Positions 14,253 to 27,439 of a DNA stretch of 64,000 bases are shown piece by piece (position 1 is the first letter of the stretch; the number at the start of each line of letters is the position of its first letter). A model generated the notes under the pieces. It was not told the DNA's origin. It was given only the letters and a program-made list of their open reading frames with translations, and made no database searches. A program made the translations under genes and the position numbers. The stretch is from contig NC_043022.1 in the NCBI RefSeq assembly GCF_006345805.1, positions 8,370,001 through 8,434,000 of the forward strand, read 5' to 3'. The DNA comes from Octopus sinensis (Eukaryota).

Positions 14253-14707
14253 TTAGATCTTGGGAGGATCACTTTGTCAATATATGTCATTGAACGTCTG
14301 AGACAAGTCTAAGACTTCAGTGTCACCGAGTGAGTGAGTCGCAGTGGTAGTGGATGCAAAAGACAGTGCCTAAATAAGCGAGTGCGGTTAAAGAAGAGAC
14401 TGAAGCAACGTAGGAGAGCGAGCGCGTGAATGATTGCAGGGAAAGACGAAGCTGAAGAGAGAAAGCTGTTAGTGAAAAGTAAAAACAGAAAAGAAGAAAA
14501 AAATGAACCACGACGAAAACAGGAAAATAAAATAAAACACACCATAACAGATTATCGGCCATCAGCTTTTGCTATATATATTATGAACACATACGTCTGT
14601 GTTTTAAGTCTTACAACTAAAATACGCATGTGTGTTTGTCTCTGTCTACAGATGTATGTGTATATATATCTGTATGTACGTATATATATATCACGTACGC
14701 ACATACA

Positions 14708-14756
<49 letters not shown>

Positions 14757-15438
14757 CACCAATGGCCTACTTCCTGCTTGCTATCTTTTACTAAATCGAA
14801 GTCTGCTGCAGCAGACTCCACTTTTATTGTTCTTCTGTTTTCAGTTTCTCCAAAATCTTCACTATTTTCTTTATGCACTCCTAGACTTTTCTCTTCCTTT
14901 CTTTCTTTCCTTTTCCCTCCCTTCTCGTTTCTTTCCTGCTTTTTTTTTTCTCCACTTGGTTTTCTGTAACCACTGATTATATTTTTCTCTTCTCTTTCCT
15001 TCTTTTTTCATCCTTATTTCCTTTCTTTCTTTCTTTCCTTCTCATCATCTCTTCGCTCTTTTTGGCTGTTTTTCTGTCTCCTTTCATTTTTCTCTTGTTC
15101 CTTCATCTTCGTTCCATTCTTTGCCGTCTTCATAGCCTCATTCCGCCTCCTACTCCTCGTGCCTTTATTTTACCCTGTCTTCGTTCTTCTTCCTTCTCTT
15201 CACCCTTCTTCTCTTTTTTCTTTCCCTTCTGTTCTTATTTCCAAATGTTCACAATTTTCCCTTCATTCTCTTCTTTGGTTTCATTATTTAACAATTCACC
15301 ACAATCTCTGTCTGTCTCCCCTCTTCTCTCTCTTCGTTTTATCCAGCCTCGTTCTAATTTTTTCTTTCCATCTCATCTAGTTTTGTTCATATTCCTTATA
15401 TTCTTCATAGAAACTCAAAGCCTGATAAGAATCATTGG

Positions 15439-15610
15439 AGCCGTCATGGGCAAACTGCAGCCCGTGGGACTTTCTGAATGGCATGCTTAACGAAAAATTA
15501 CCATGAAGTTTCTTTTAGTAGTGCACCCGCTTGATGATGAGCCATGTCTTATGCGGCCCGTTTCTCAAAATAAATAAATAAATAAATAAATAAAAAGGTT
15601 GTTCACGTTA
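15439..15610. mobile_element. degenerate hAT-type MITE
   Basis: CCGTCATGGGCAAACTGCAGCCC left end, internal GCGGCCCG, AAAAAGGTTGTTCACG right end. Confidence 0.5.
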
Positions 15611-16182
15611 TAATGGTCATAGCATCGGACACTGTGCTTTGTGATATTTAATTAAGACCCTTTACGTTCTGGTTTCAAATCCCACCGTAGTCAACTTTGC
15701 CCTCCATCCCTCCGTACTCAATAAAATAAAATACTAATGAAGTACAGAAATATTTCTTATAACTGCATCCTAGATATCCAAGATTTTAAGGTAAGTGCTA
15801 GGGGTCTTGCAGTACTTGGATCCATGAAACCATTGGGTCCATGAATTCTTTGAAGTAAGAAGCCATTTCCGTCATATTTAAATGGTGGATGGGACCTCAC
15901 TTCTTTGGTACAACTTCGTGAGGATATGAATCTGCACTTATGAAGTCCTTCTTCATGACGCATGTTTCATTGATACCTAGACGTTACTGTCTCGAGTCCT
16001 AGGACTTTCCATGGAGTATAAATGACTGAGGTGATACTGCAAAATATTGTTCGACCCTCAAAAAATTCCATTAATTCCCACCGTCTACAACGCTTAACTC
16101 TAAAGGATAAAAATCGAAGCTCGTCCTGATTTGAACTCAGAGCGCAGAAATACCACGAATTATTCTATCCAATGCTTTAACC

Positions 16183-16250
16183 AAGCTGTTCCCAACCCGT
16201 TTTGCATCACGGACCAGTTTCATGCAAGATCATTTTTTCCTCAGACCGGT
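16183..16250 (+). mobile_element. hAT (Charlie/MER1-like) left-end fragment
   Basis: GCTGTTCCCAACCCGTTTTGCATCACGGACCAGTTTCATGCAAGATCATTTTTTCC. Confidence 0.45.
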
Positions 16251-16311
16251 GATCATGCACATAACAAATCACTAAGTGTATAGTGGCAAGAAACTCTCGA
16301 GAGCTTAAGAG

Positions 16312-16520
16312 CAGTTAGTTAGTTAGTTAGTTAGTTAATTTGGCTCAAAAGCAAATAGCAAGGCCATGTAGGTCTTTAGAGAAGAAACCCTGCCCAGCTA
16401 AGTTTTTCGGTCCTTAACTTCTCACACTCTAAGGGGACCGGGCCGCATCCAGGACAGGAACTCCTGGAGGCCCTTCTGCTGACACTTTTTAGCCCCTTGG
16501 ATATCGGAGACTTGTGCATT
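16312..16520 (-). mobile_element. non-LTR retrotransposon 3' end with (TAAC)n tail
   Basis: Minus strand: ORF end (...GLQEFLSWMRPGPLRV*), short UTR, then TTAACTAACTAACTAAC tail. Confidence 0.5.
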
Positions 16521-17251
16521 TAAACTGCAAAGATTTGAGTCAGTAATTTTAACATAATAAAATGCTGCGTAAACACTTTTCGTTTCAGTTCGGCGTTTTC
16601 TTGTCTTAATGTATTTCAAATTTAGTGGCATTATGCTTTCTGAATTATTAAAAATTTCTTTTAATCGTATCAAAATTTTTTGGTTTTTATCTTTTAAATC
16701 TTCTGCCAACTCTACTTCTTTCCATTAAGTCCATGTATCTCTTCAATCGCTACGATTGAAGAGTTACATGATAGGTGCTCATTCCTGAACACCTATCATC
16801 ACTCCTCATTCGTTATTCTCTCTACATATACTCTCTTTTTCCCAATTGTTGTTAGCCACCCTCATCTTTAAATTATGTTTGATTGGTTCATTAACTTATT
16901 TCCTGTCGATTCAACCACATCGTTGTTGTTATTATCATTGTTAAGGCTGCGAGCTGGCAGAATCGTTAGCACGCCATTTTGTCTGTCTTTACGTTCTGAG
17001 TTCAAATGCCGCTGATGTTGACTGTATCTTTCATCTTTACGGGTCGATATAATCCATCATTCTCCTCCTCACAAAATACAGGCCTAGTGCCTATAGTGGA
17101 AAGGATTATTATTTATTATTATTTTATATTTGTTCAGTTTCACTTCCCTACTTAATATTTCCATATTTTAATAACATTTCCCCTTCAATGATTTAAGATT
17201 GTCTTATTTTCTATTCTTCATCTTCCGATTTGTATTATTTCTCTGTACAAT

Positions 17252-17299
<48 letters not shown>

Positions 17300-17301
17300 T
17301 A

Positions 17302-17508
17302 TTCTGTCCGAGTCAGACGCCATGATAGATCGTTAGCTACTACACACATTTTTTTTCTCTCCTTGTTTTTTTCTGTGTACCTTTCTGTAGAAGAGCATAG
17401 GCTCGAAACGTAAAAGACTTTTTCTATTCCTGAGCGCTATACTAATACATCTGTTTGTTTGTACACCACCTGCCTTCGTCTTTTGTTTATTTTCGTAAAC
17501 TTTCCCTT
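17302..17508 (+). mobile_element. short Penelope-type repeat with hammerhead motif (family H2, copy 2)
   Basis: CTTT-CTGTAGA-A-GAGC(ATAG)GCTC-GAAAC-GTA-AAAG at 17381-17416; homologous to 4505-4712; TA runs on both sides. Confidence 0.7.
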
Positions 17509-18004
17509 CATATATATATATATTTTCATTCATTAGTCTTCACCCTTTATTCCATCACTCATCGCCATTATTATTAATATTAATCGATTCTTTATGCTTT
17601 CGCCCCCACCACAGTAAACTATAAATTCCAAAAGGTTAATCCCTTTCTATATTTATGACCTACCGGATTAAAAGTAACCTCCTTGCCTTTTCGTTTAATG
17701 ATCACCAGAACTACATATTAATTATTTCACGCCAAATAACCATTAAGCGATAAACTATTCAAAATCACTTCCTTCTCCGTATTCATATCCAAATCTACAA
17801 ACCAAAATCACTTAACCTTCACCGACCCCTCTTCCAATACATAATGATCGATCATCCTTTTAAACTACTTAAATCAGTATAAGAAAAATACGCAGTTCTC
17901 CCGTTCTCAACGTGCTGGAATCGAACCCAATTTTTATTTGCTTCTCATTGCACACCAACAACGCGGATCTTCAATATACTTGTGTGTTTATTAGCGAACC
18001 TTTG

Positions 18005-18975
18005 TATGAGACGCTAAATATCAAATACCTAAGCTGTATATCTTGAAAATTCATAAGAATTGTATCAATTCATTTTTTACAGTAAAGTTTGACTAGCCAA
18101 GCAGGTGTGATAACGTGATCGACCAGACTATTAGCGGTTGTTAGATATTGCTGGGCATAATGCACTTTGCATCGTTTTAGCCTTCGAATAACATCATCTC
18201 GCTGGCTAGGCGAGCAGGCCAACATTCCCTCCTGAACGAAAGGGGACTGGAGCAATGTGAAATGAAGTGTTTTGCTCAAGAACACAACGTACCGCCCGCT
18301 CTGGGAATCGAACCATCGATCTAACGATTGTGAGTACGACAACCTCACTACTAGGTCACCCAGGCAAGTATTAAATAAACAAATAGAAAAAAAAAACCCT
18401 TTTACCTGGGATGAATTTTGAATTTTCTGGAGAGGGTTCAAAAATGTCTGTGTGTGACATCGCACAAAACCTATTTCGCCTGAAAATACTAACTGCTAAT
18501 TCCTCTAAATTTTTCCAGAGTTGCATAAAAAGCCTCATTGTATTTATTTACATTGATCTTGAAGTTTCCGAAAATGCTTATGAGTTTGCCAGACAACAGA
18601 GTATGCCACATCAGGTAAATTTTCATATACCTGGTGTGGCGTACGTGACAAAAATGGATGTGACATTTTCAAGACAAAATTCTTTTCTACTAGATCTGGA
18701 AAAAATTATTCCAATATCGACATCTGGTTAAAAATGAACCATTTCAACATACCTTTATAGGTCTATAATGATTCTCGTGAGCATTCTAAACATTTTTGGA
18801 AATTTGTTTTGGTTTAACTTTCGTAAAAATGAACCTGTATATTTCTGGGAATTTGTTTACGACGCGAATTAAAAACAAATTAGATTGCGCAGATAAACAA
18901 CTTAAACTATCTTAGAGTAAGCCAACACGAAAAACGGAATCGTGAAACTTCGAGTAATGAAACAAAGAAGTTCTT
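18005..18975. mobile_element. dispersed repeat copy 2, interrupted by a minus-strand tRNA-derived SINE at ~18100-18360
   Basis: Copy 1 is continuous across GACTAGC/AGGCGAGTATT whereas this copy has ~260 bp inserted, including GGAATCGAACC (reverse B box). Confidence 0.75.
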
Positions 18976-20052
18976 CTCCGAATATAATTTATTCTGCGTT
19001 TCTGAAACTAGCAAAGAGTATTTGTCTAATTGTATACTAAACATTTCATATTTTATTCCAATAACTCAAAGAAAGAAGGAGTTTGATCAATTCCGCCTCG
19101 CCCATGCGCACAAAGCATATAGTTCTGTGTACGCATCATAAACGAGTAACATATTTACGTTTATAAGTTGTGTTTGTTTGTGTGTGTGTGTGTGGGGGGG
19201 GGGTTATAGGGTGAACGTACTCAATATGGGCAAGTTTGACTGAGTTTAACTGTTTCGAGTCTGCGTGCGCGCGAGCTTACGCACACACACACACACTCAC
19301 CTATCTCCCCCCCCACACACACACACTCACGTTATTCGATTCCTATTTTATTCTACTGAACACCACCATAACTATTCGATGTTTAAATAACCCTGTTGTA
19401 TTTTTATGATTAAATATTATTACGAATTGTATAAAACACGTTTAAATATTTTGAGTATAATTTTGATACGAGTATAATGATGAATAGCACCAATCTTTTC
19501 TACGTAATTGACATTTGATTCGTATTTATTGCTAGGATTAAGCTATCTTAAGAAAACTTCGGTTTCAGCCAGTTTAGCTGCTCATGAAGTATTATTTAGT
19601 CAAACTGGCTATATAGATGCTACAGTTCAATTTCAGGGCTTTACTACCTCCAGAGTCTATTTATAGATTGAGGTTGGATGTATGTTTACAGTATCGTGTC
19701 GTTTGTAATGTAAAGAAGGGACTTAAAACACATCAAGTAATATCCCTTAAAAGTCACTCTATTCCTATCCCCCCTCTCTGCTGTCTGTCTTGACTAAAGC
19801 ACAAATGTTATTGTTTAACATAGAGTTTTGTTTAAACGTCTTATTTTAATATATCCAGTAAGGTAGTATAGAGTTGTTATAACTTGAAAAACAGGATTCT
19901 TTTCCAGGAAAATATAAGCGTCTCGAGTCAAATTGTGGGCTCAGTTTGACTGGATTGAAGCTGCTACACGGAAAAGGAAGTGCTCATACAAAACCATATT
20001 TGCAATTTATCACCCCCCCCCCACACACACACAAACACTTTCAGTACTATGG

Positions 20053-20700
20053 CTAACCATTTGGCTTTTCTGTGTATCAGAGGACATATTTACCTGGTGA
20101 CCATGAATCGTATATGATACACATTCTCAGTTTTTTCAACCACCAGAGTAACTTGGAACTTAGGAAAGGTCTACATCACTCAGAACGTATGAAGCAAGAG
20201 CTGACTAGAAGTCTGAAAACAAATATGTACGTTTAGGACAAACTAAGGGAAATGCTTTGAACAGGCAATGACTTAAATATGTTTTACACTATTCCATATC
20301 TTATACTTCGAAAAATAGAAAAAAAAAATACGAATGTCATTATGTTTTCAAAAGAAACAAACAACATTGCTTCTAATGTTTAGCAAGGATAATATTGTTT
20401 GATTCAATATAATAGTGACTCCGCCATATAGACAACGAAACAAAAAAAGCCGGTAAATCACTCTCTGGTGAAATCATTTCTATATCGGATAAAATAATTA
20501 TCAACCCTTTGATTCTTTTGCATGGAATCCATTCATCATATTTGAAACACATTTCTAATTTTTCTCAAACATCAGATTAGCATAGAACCTATTAAAGGAA
20601 GCCGTTACATTGCTCAGAACGTATGAAATGAGAGCTAACTAAACGTCCGAAAACAAGGATGGACTTTTAGGACAAAAATACTTTGGACAGCAAGAGGTTA
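20053..20700. mobile_element. two degenerate copies of a piggyBac-like MITE (~20053-20276, ~20500-20700)
   Basis: Shared CTCAGAACGTATGAA...GAGCT...GAAAACAA...TTAGGACAAA; copies begin with TAACC/TCAACCC and end in TTAA. Confidence 0.45.
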
Positions 20701-21299
20701 ACAGGCCTCACCAAGAAATATACTTATTGACAAATTTGAAACAAAATTTTAAATTATGAAAATAATCAACGCTTGTTATTTGTAGTTTTTTGTTTTATTC
20801 GTGGATCTAAACTGTTCCTCTGTCTACGACAATACACTTAGATACTCCTAGTAAGGTGGTTATAATTAATCGAAACTTGTCGAATTGTTCTCGAAAGAGA
20901 GAGTCGATTAGCCGTAGACTCTATTTATATACGGTAAGGTTCATCGTATTGTCTAACAGGCGTACGTATTTGAACTTATTCACAATCTATAAATCGATCG
21001 GTCGATCACTTTGATATATACGTATACACATATATGACATATACACAATGACATATATATGCATATGTTTCTCTCTGTTTCTCTCTCTCTCACACACACA
21101 CTCATCTATTTGTCTGCCTATATGTCCATACATACATTCAAAATAATTTGAACAAGCTAGGAGCGGTGAAACTTCGAAGTCATTGTCAAAAAACAATTTA
21201 ATATTGGGCTCTACATATGTGTCGAGTCCTTTCATTTAATCACTGTTCTTTTTTATGCTTATACATACATATTTATATACACACATAAAAGCGAATGTA

Positions 21300-21758
21300 A
21301 ATGAATAATATATATATATATATGTATGTATGTATATATGTGTGTATATATGTATGTATATATGTGTGTATATATGTATGTATATATGTGTGTATATATG
21401 TGTATATGTATGTATATATATATGTATATATATGTATATATATATATATGTATATATATGTATATATATATATATGTATGTATATATATATATATATATG
21501 TATGTTATATATATGTATATATGTATGTATATATATATGTATATATATATATGTATGTATATATATATGTATATATATATGTTGTATATATATATGTATA
21601 TATATGTATGTATATATATATATATTATATATATATATATGTATGTATATATTATGTATGTATATATATATGTATGTATATATATATATGTATATATATA
21701 TGTATGTATATATGTATGTATATATGTATGTATATATATGTATATATATATATGTATG

Positions 21759-21791
<33 letters not shown>

Positions 21792-23024
21792 ATATATATA
21801 TATATAATATATATATGTATTATATATATATGTATATTGTCTATTTTCATAAAGCTTCCCTATATATATATGTATGTATAATATATGTATATATAGTATG
21901 TATATAATATGTATATATATATGTATATATATGTATATTATATATGTAATGTATGCATATATATATATGTATTATATATATATATATGTATCTATATATG
22001 TATGTATGTATATATATATATGTATGTATACATATATATGTATATGTAGGTATACATATATATATGTATATGTATGTATACATATATATGTATATGTAGG
22101 TATACATATATATATGTATATGTATGTATACATATATGTAGGTATACATATATATCTATGTGTAGGTATACATATATATGTATATGTAGGTATACATATA
22201 TATCTATGTGTAGGTATACATATATATGTATATGTAGGTATACATATATATGTATATGTAGGTATACATATATATGTATATGTAGGTATACATATATATG
22301 TATATGTAGGTATACATACATATATGTATATGTATGTATACACATATATATGTATATGTATGTATACACATATATATGTATATGTATGTATACATATATA
22401 TGTATTTACGCACACACACACACACACATATATATATATACGCATAAAAACGAATATAAATGAATGTGTGTGTGTGTGTATAAAAACATACATACAGACG
22501 CATAAAAACGAACATATATGAATGTCTGTGTACATATGTGTGTGTACACACACACACACACACAGAAAATATAGGTAGGTAGTATTTGAAATATCGATCG
22601 CTGAAAACTTGAATATGTCCACAGTAGATAATTTAGTTGCTGCTATCGTCAATCTTGCTGATTGGCATAGTTTTTTTTTACTTTATTATATACCTACATA
22701 TATTTATTTGTATGTTTATTTATTTGCTTGTTATATTCCATTTATTTTTGTTGTTTTTTTTTCTTTATGTTGCTTTTTATTTTTATTTTTCGGTTTCTAA
22801 ACTAGGTTCTGAATTGTAGAAATACTTCCTCATGGCAATTACGGTTTTCTCCTGGTAAACCAGCAGCAGCAGCAGCTGAAATATTGAACAAACGTTTTAT
22901 TTATTTATTTGTTTTTTGTTCGTTCTGTGTGTACAAGCATTATACACGCACACACACATACATATATACATACACACACAAATATATATAATATACATAT
23001 ACGTGTATATGTGGTATATGTGTG

Positions 23025-23066
<42 letters not shown>

Positions 23067-23510
23067 CAAAAACACACACTCAAATATATACAATCTACTT
23101 ATACAATTATTTGGTGTGTGTATATGTATATATATATATACAATCTACATATGCGTATATATGTCGTATATATACGTGTATATGTATGTATTTATACACA
23201 CAGATGTACATAGGTATGTATAGTATCTATATATACACACAAATATACTTTATCTATCTATCTATCTATCTATCTATCTGTGTGTATATGTACATATATA
23301 TGTATTTATATATGTATGTGTATATATATATATGTATCTATATATGTATGTATATATATGTGTGTAGATATATGTATGTATATATATGTGTGTATATATA
23401 TATGTATGTATATGTGTATATATATGTATGTATATGTGTATATATATATATATATATGTGTGTGTGTATGTATATATATGTGTATATGTAGATATACGCA
23501 CACACCATAC
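21300..23510. repeat. (TA)n/(TATG)n/(CA)n arrays including a 24-bp minisatellite at 22140-22320 and a unique island at ~22570-22900
   Basis: Direct reading; AGG recurs at 22140, 22164, 22188, 22212, 22236, 22260, 22284, 22308. Confidence 0.93.
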
Positions 23511-24860
23511 ACACCTATATGTTCACGCAGTCAATTCCACCGACTCGCGCAGCCCCTCTGATTCTAAGTGCTATGCAACTAACCGAAATATGCAATTAAC
23601 CTAATTCGTACTTTCGGCGTTAAATGAGTTTAACATGCCATCAGTTAAGTGACTCTTACACATATTTGGATTATATCATAAAACGAGTGTAAGCAGATTG
23701 TTTCGTTTTTCTTTTCTTTTCACTTCCCATACGTTCTGTGTCCATAATCTTCGTATTTACCACCCAATTCAAGCTATTATGTTTATCGATATGTCTATGG
23801 GTTTTTGCTCGCGTTTGATTTAACCGGTATAAGTTTCTTCTGCTTTCAATTCTTTTAATTTTTCATTTAGAACACGTTTAACCTGATCCATTCATACCGA
23901 TGATTCCAGACACTTTTATCGTTTGTCTTTTGTCTTATTTGTTTCTGTCATTGGATTGTGGTCATGCTGGGGCAACGCCTCGGGTGCTTTTTGATCTAAC
24001 AAACGAACATCAATACTTTTTTAATTTTTGCTTTAAAGTTTGGTACTTACTCTATCGATCTGTTTTGAGGAACCATTAAGTTACGGGGACGCAAACAAGC
24101 CAACACCGGGTGTCAAGTGGTAATGAGGGATAAATACACACACACAAACACACGCACACATATGTAGATACAGATATAATCATATGTATATCTATCTATC
24201 TATCAATACACACACATATATATACATACACACTATATAGATACACACGCACAGATATATATATACGACGGGCTTCCACACAGTTTCCATCTATCAAATT
24301 CATTTACAAGACATTGGTCCAAAATGCCGCACAGAATTACAAAATGATATCTAACAAATAGGAGCATTATACTAGGTGGATCACAGACTATGATAGTTAA
24401 TAATGGAAACATGAATAACAGAATTCATGTACTTCGTAATTCAAAAATTTACTTTTTCAACACACACACACACACACGTATACCGTTGTGACGTTCATGG
24501 TTGTCCTGAAAGTGTGATAAAATATTAAGAAGTTTAATGTTGTTCTTGTTTAACCCTAAGCTAAACCGTCCTGGTTTCCATTTTTCTTTTTCTTTTTGGA
24601 CAAGTGTCTTCTATAGCCTCAGGCCGACTAAAGTGAGTAGAATTAGTTGAAGGAAATTAGAAGAAACCCATCGTGTGTATATCTATCTATCTATCTATCT
24701 ATCTATCTGTCTGTCTGTCCCTACTGCTTGACAACCGGTGTTAGTATGTTTACGTCTCCGTAAATTAGCAGTTTGGTGAAAGAAACTAACAAAATAAGTA
24801 CCAGGCTTAAAAAAGAAAATAAACACTGAGGTCGATTCATTCGACTAAAAATTCTTCAAG

Positions 24861-25400
24861 ACAAAAAAAAGAAAAGATATATAAAATGGAAAGTGTGTGA
24901 TGTCCATACCTTTCTTAGAATGGAAGAAAATAGCCGGCAACTTTTATTACATCTATAACGTGTATGTTTATGAATTATACCGAACCACATTAAAATACAA
25001 ATCCTAAACAATAGTCATGATTTTTCCATAATATCAGTTTTTACAAAAGAAAAAGAAAAGAAAAGAGAAAAGAAAAGAATCATCATAGCAGCACCAAATG
25101 CTTCATTTGGTCGCACACCACAAGATTCAGCGGAACCTACTGAAGCAAGCAAGTACAGTTGCAGCATTAGTCAGGGCGAGGCTTAGGCGTTGGAAAAGCC
25201 AAGCGCCCGCACGGGCATCACCTGACATCTCGGTGAGGCGAGCTGCCAACGATGAGAAGAACTTCGCAGTTAGTGGCCCAGTCACTCCAAATGTCTCAAA
25301 CGCCACAAGTTGGAAGAGATAGTTCACTGTCAGGTCCCGATACTTCAAGGTTTTGTTCCGTTCGGCTATCAAAGCTGAGTAGCGTAGGGTAGGGTCTCGG
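24861..25400 (-). mobile_element. 5'-truncated CRE-like (RLE-type) non-LTR retrotransposon: endonuclease C-terminus plus 3' UTR
   Basis: ORF 25127-25423: AERNKTLKY..L...YLFQLVAFETFGVTGP...FFSSLAARLTEMSGDARAGAWLFQRLSLA..NAATVL fits the CRE-clade C-terminal pattern. Confidence 0.8.
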
Positions 25401-25753
25401 TCAAGCAAAAGCTTAGAAAACATTGCTTCATCTCTAATAATTTCATTCGTAATTATAAGATCCCCAATGTTTTTTTTTAGATCCAGGTCAGCTCTGGTCG
25501 AGCAGACGTATTATGGAAGATTTCTCATCCATGATCTCTCATAAATTTTATATACCAGGAACTACATAATCCGGCCAATGTGTTTTTCGATTTTTAAAAT
25601 GACAGTGAGATATAATGGAAATTAGGAAATTCGATCGTTCCCTCATTGATGCTCTCCCACTTTATATGTGGTGGTGGTGGGGAGAGTAGAAATAAGAGGA
25701 AAATAAATATGATACAAGTACAACACGACTATCTGGACCCTGATGGTCTAGAA

Positions 25754-26023
25754 CAGTGGTTCCCCAACTTTTTCGGGTTGTCACCCCCTTGGCACCCACG
25801 CCACATTCCTAGCGTCCCGCCCCACTTACCACCATAAACATAGACCGCTTTCTGCATCAAATTGAAAACAACTGTATTTCACAAATAAAATAGAGCCTAA
25901 TTTACCCGTTATTTTGTTATTTTTGCACCTATTTCCCCCCTTCGCCCTCATTTTTCTTTGTACCACTCTAGATATTTCCACTGCCACCCAGAGGAGAAGT
26001 ACCGCCAACTTTGGGAACTTCTG
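25754..26023. mobile_element. hAT-Charlie-type MITE, 270 bp
   Basis: TIRs CAGTGGTTCCC / GGGAACTTCTG; perfect 8-bp TSD GTCTAGAA (25746-25753, 26024-26031). Confidence 0.92.
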
Positions 26024-26169
26024 GTCTAGAATTACTTACAATCCGCACTCATTTATGAGCAGAAACTTCAAATTCCGGCGGCCGCCAGACTAGTTTACAG
26101 GTACCTTGCACAGCACAGTAGTAATAAACTTGTATCATTTATACAAGTGCCTGTGTTTCATTTAATTCA

Positions 26170-26775
26170 TTTATCCTTTATTAGTTTCAGTCATTAGACT
26201 GCGATCATACTGGGGTACCGCCTTGAATTAATCAACCCCAGTACTTATTTTTCTTAAACCTGGTACTTCCATCGGTCTCTCCATCGGTCTCTCTTGCCGA
26301 ACTGCTAGATTACGGGGACGTAAACACATCAACACTGATTGCCAAGCGGTGGTAGGGACAAAGAAAAGATATATAAAATGGAAAGTGTGTGATGTCCATA
26401 CCTTTCTTAGAATGGAAGAAAATAGCCGGCAACTTTTATTACATCTATAACGTGTATGTTTATGAATTATACCGAACCACATTAAAATACAAATCCTAAA
26501 CAATAGTCATGATTCTTCCATAATATCAGTTTTTACAAAAGAAAAACAAAAAGAAAAAGAGGAAAAAAGAAAAGAAAAGAGAAAAAGAAAAGAGAAAAGG
26601 AAAAGAATCATCATAGCAGCACACACGCATATATGACAGGTTTCTTTTAGTTTCCATCGACGAAATCCACTCACAAGGCTTTGGTCGGATAAGTGCCTTC
26701 TATAGTAGAAGACACTTATCCAGAACAGTGTGGTTGGGAAGCGAGCTTCTTACCACACATCCAAGCCTGCATCTA
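26170..26775 (-). mobile_element. SINE family A interrupted at 26358-26622 by a copy of the CRE-like 3' UTR
   Basis: SINE halves on both sides; insert nearly identical to 24861-25094. Confidence 0.85.
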
Positions 26776-27212
26776 TATTTGAAGTAAATTTAATATTTGT
26801 TTAATTTATACTGTGTTGACCAAGGCGACCGTCCTTGGTTCGAAAAAATCAGTAATCCGGAAAATCTTTGGAAGCAAAGGTTCCGGAAAATCGATGTTGT
26901 ACCTGTATGGAAGCTGTTCAAAGCATTACTAAGTTCAAATGGTTTCGAAAGAAAAATGGAAGCTGATATGATTAAATGTCAAAATGTCTGAGATGAATTG
27001 TTGTCAATAAGATTATATAGTTTTCGGACTGTTAACTTTATCTTTAGACATTTAAAGATAACATTTGTGAGTTTTTTTAAATGTACAGCAGACATGGCAT
27101 GGCTGTGAGGTTAAAAATCTTGCCACTATTTCGTTTTGGGTTCGAACTCATAATCATACAATAACCCATACCTTGTAAGACAGAAACTACGGAGACCTGC
27201 CCTCTGTGTGCG

Positions 27213-27245
<33 letters not shown>

Positions 27246-27439
27246 AAAAAGTTTGATTAACTCCATATAACTTGAATATTCATAGGCTCATTGGACGAAC
27301 CCATTTCATTTGGATATCTGCTGGTATATATGGAACTCCGACCAAACGTGTTAAGTGCCATTTTCTGTTCCATCCAAAAATGAAAGATATTTTTAAAATC
27401 AAAAAATATCAACTAGATTATAGTTGGGAGGTAACAGAT

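Noticed and set aside
14870-15410. F/L/S-rich ORFs resembling membrane proteins
   Set aside because: Translations of a low-complexity polypyrimidine tract
19560-19685. Two hairpins, one with let-7-like words (ACTACCTC, TGAGGTTG)
   Set aside because: Stems are too short for a pre-miRNA and there is no match to mature let-7 beyond the seed
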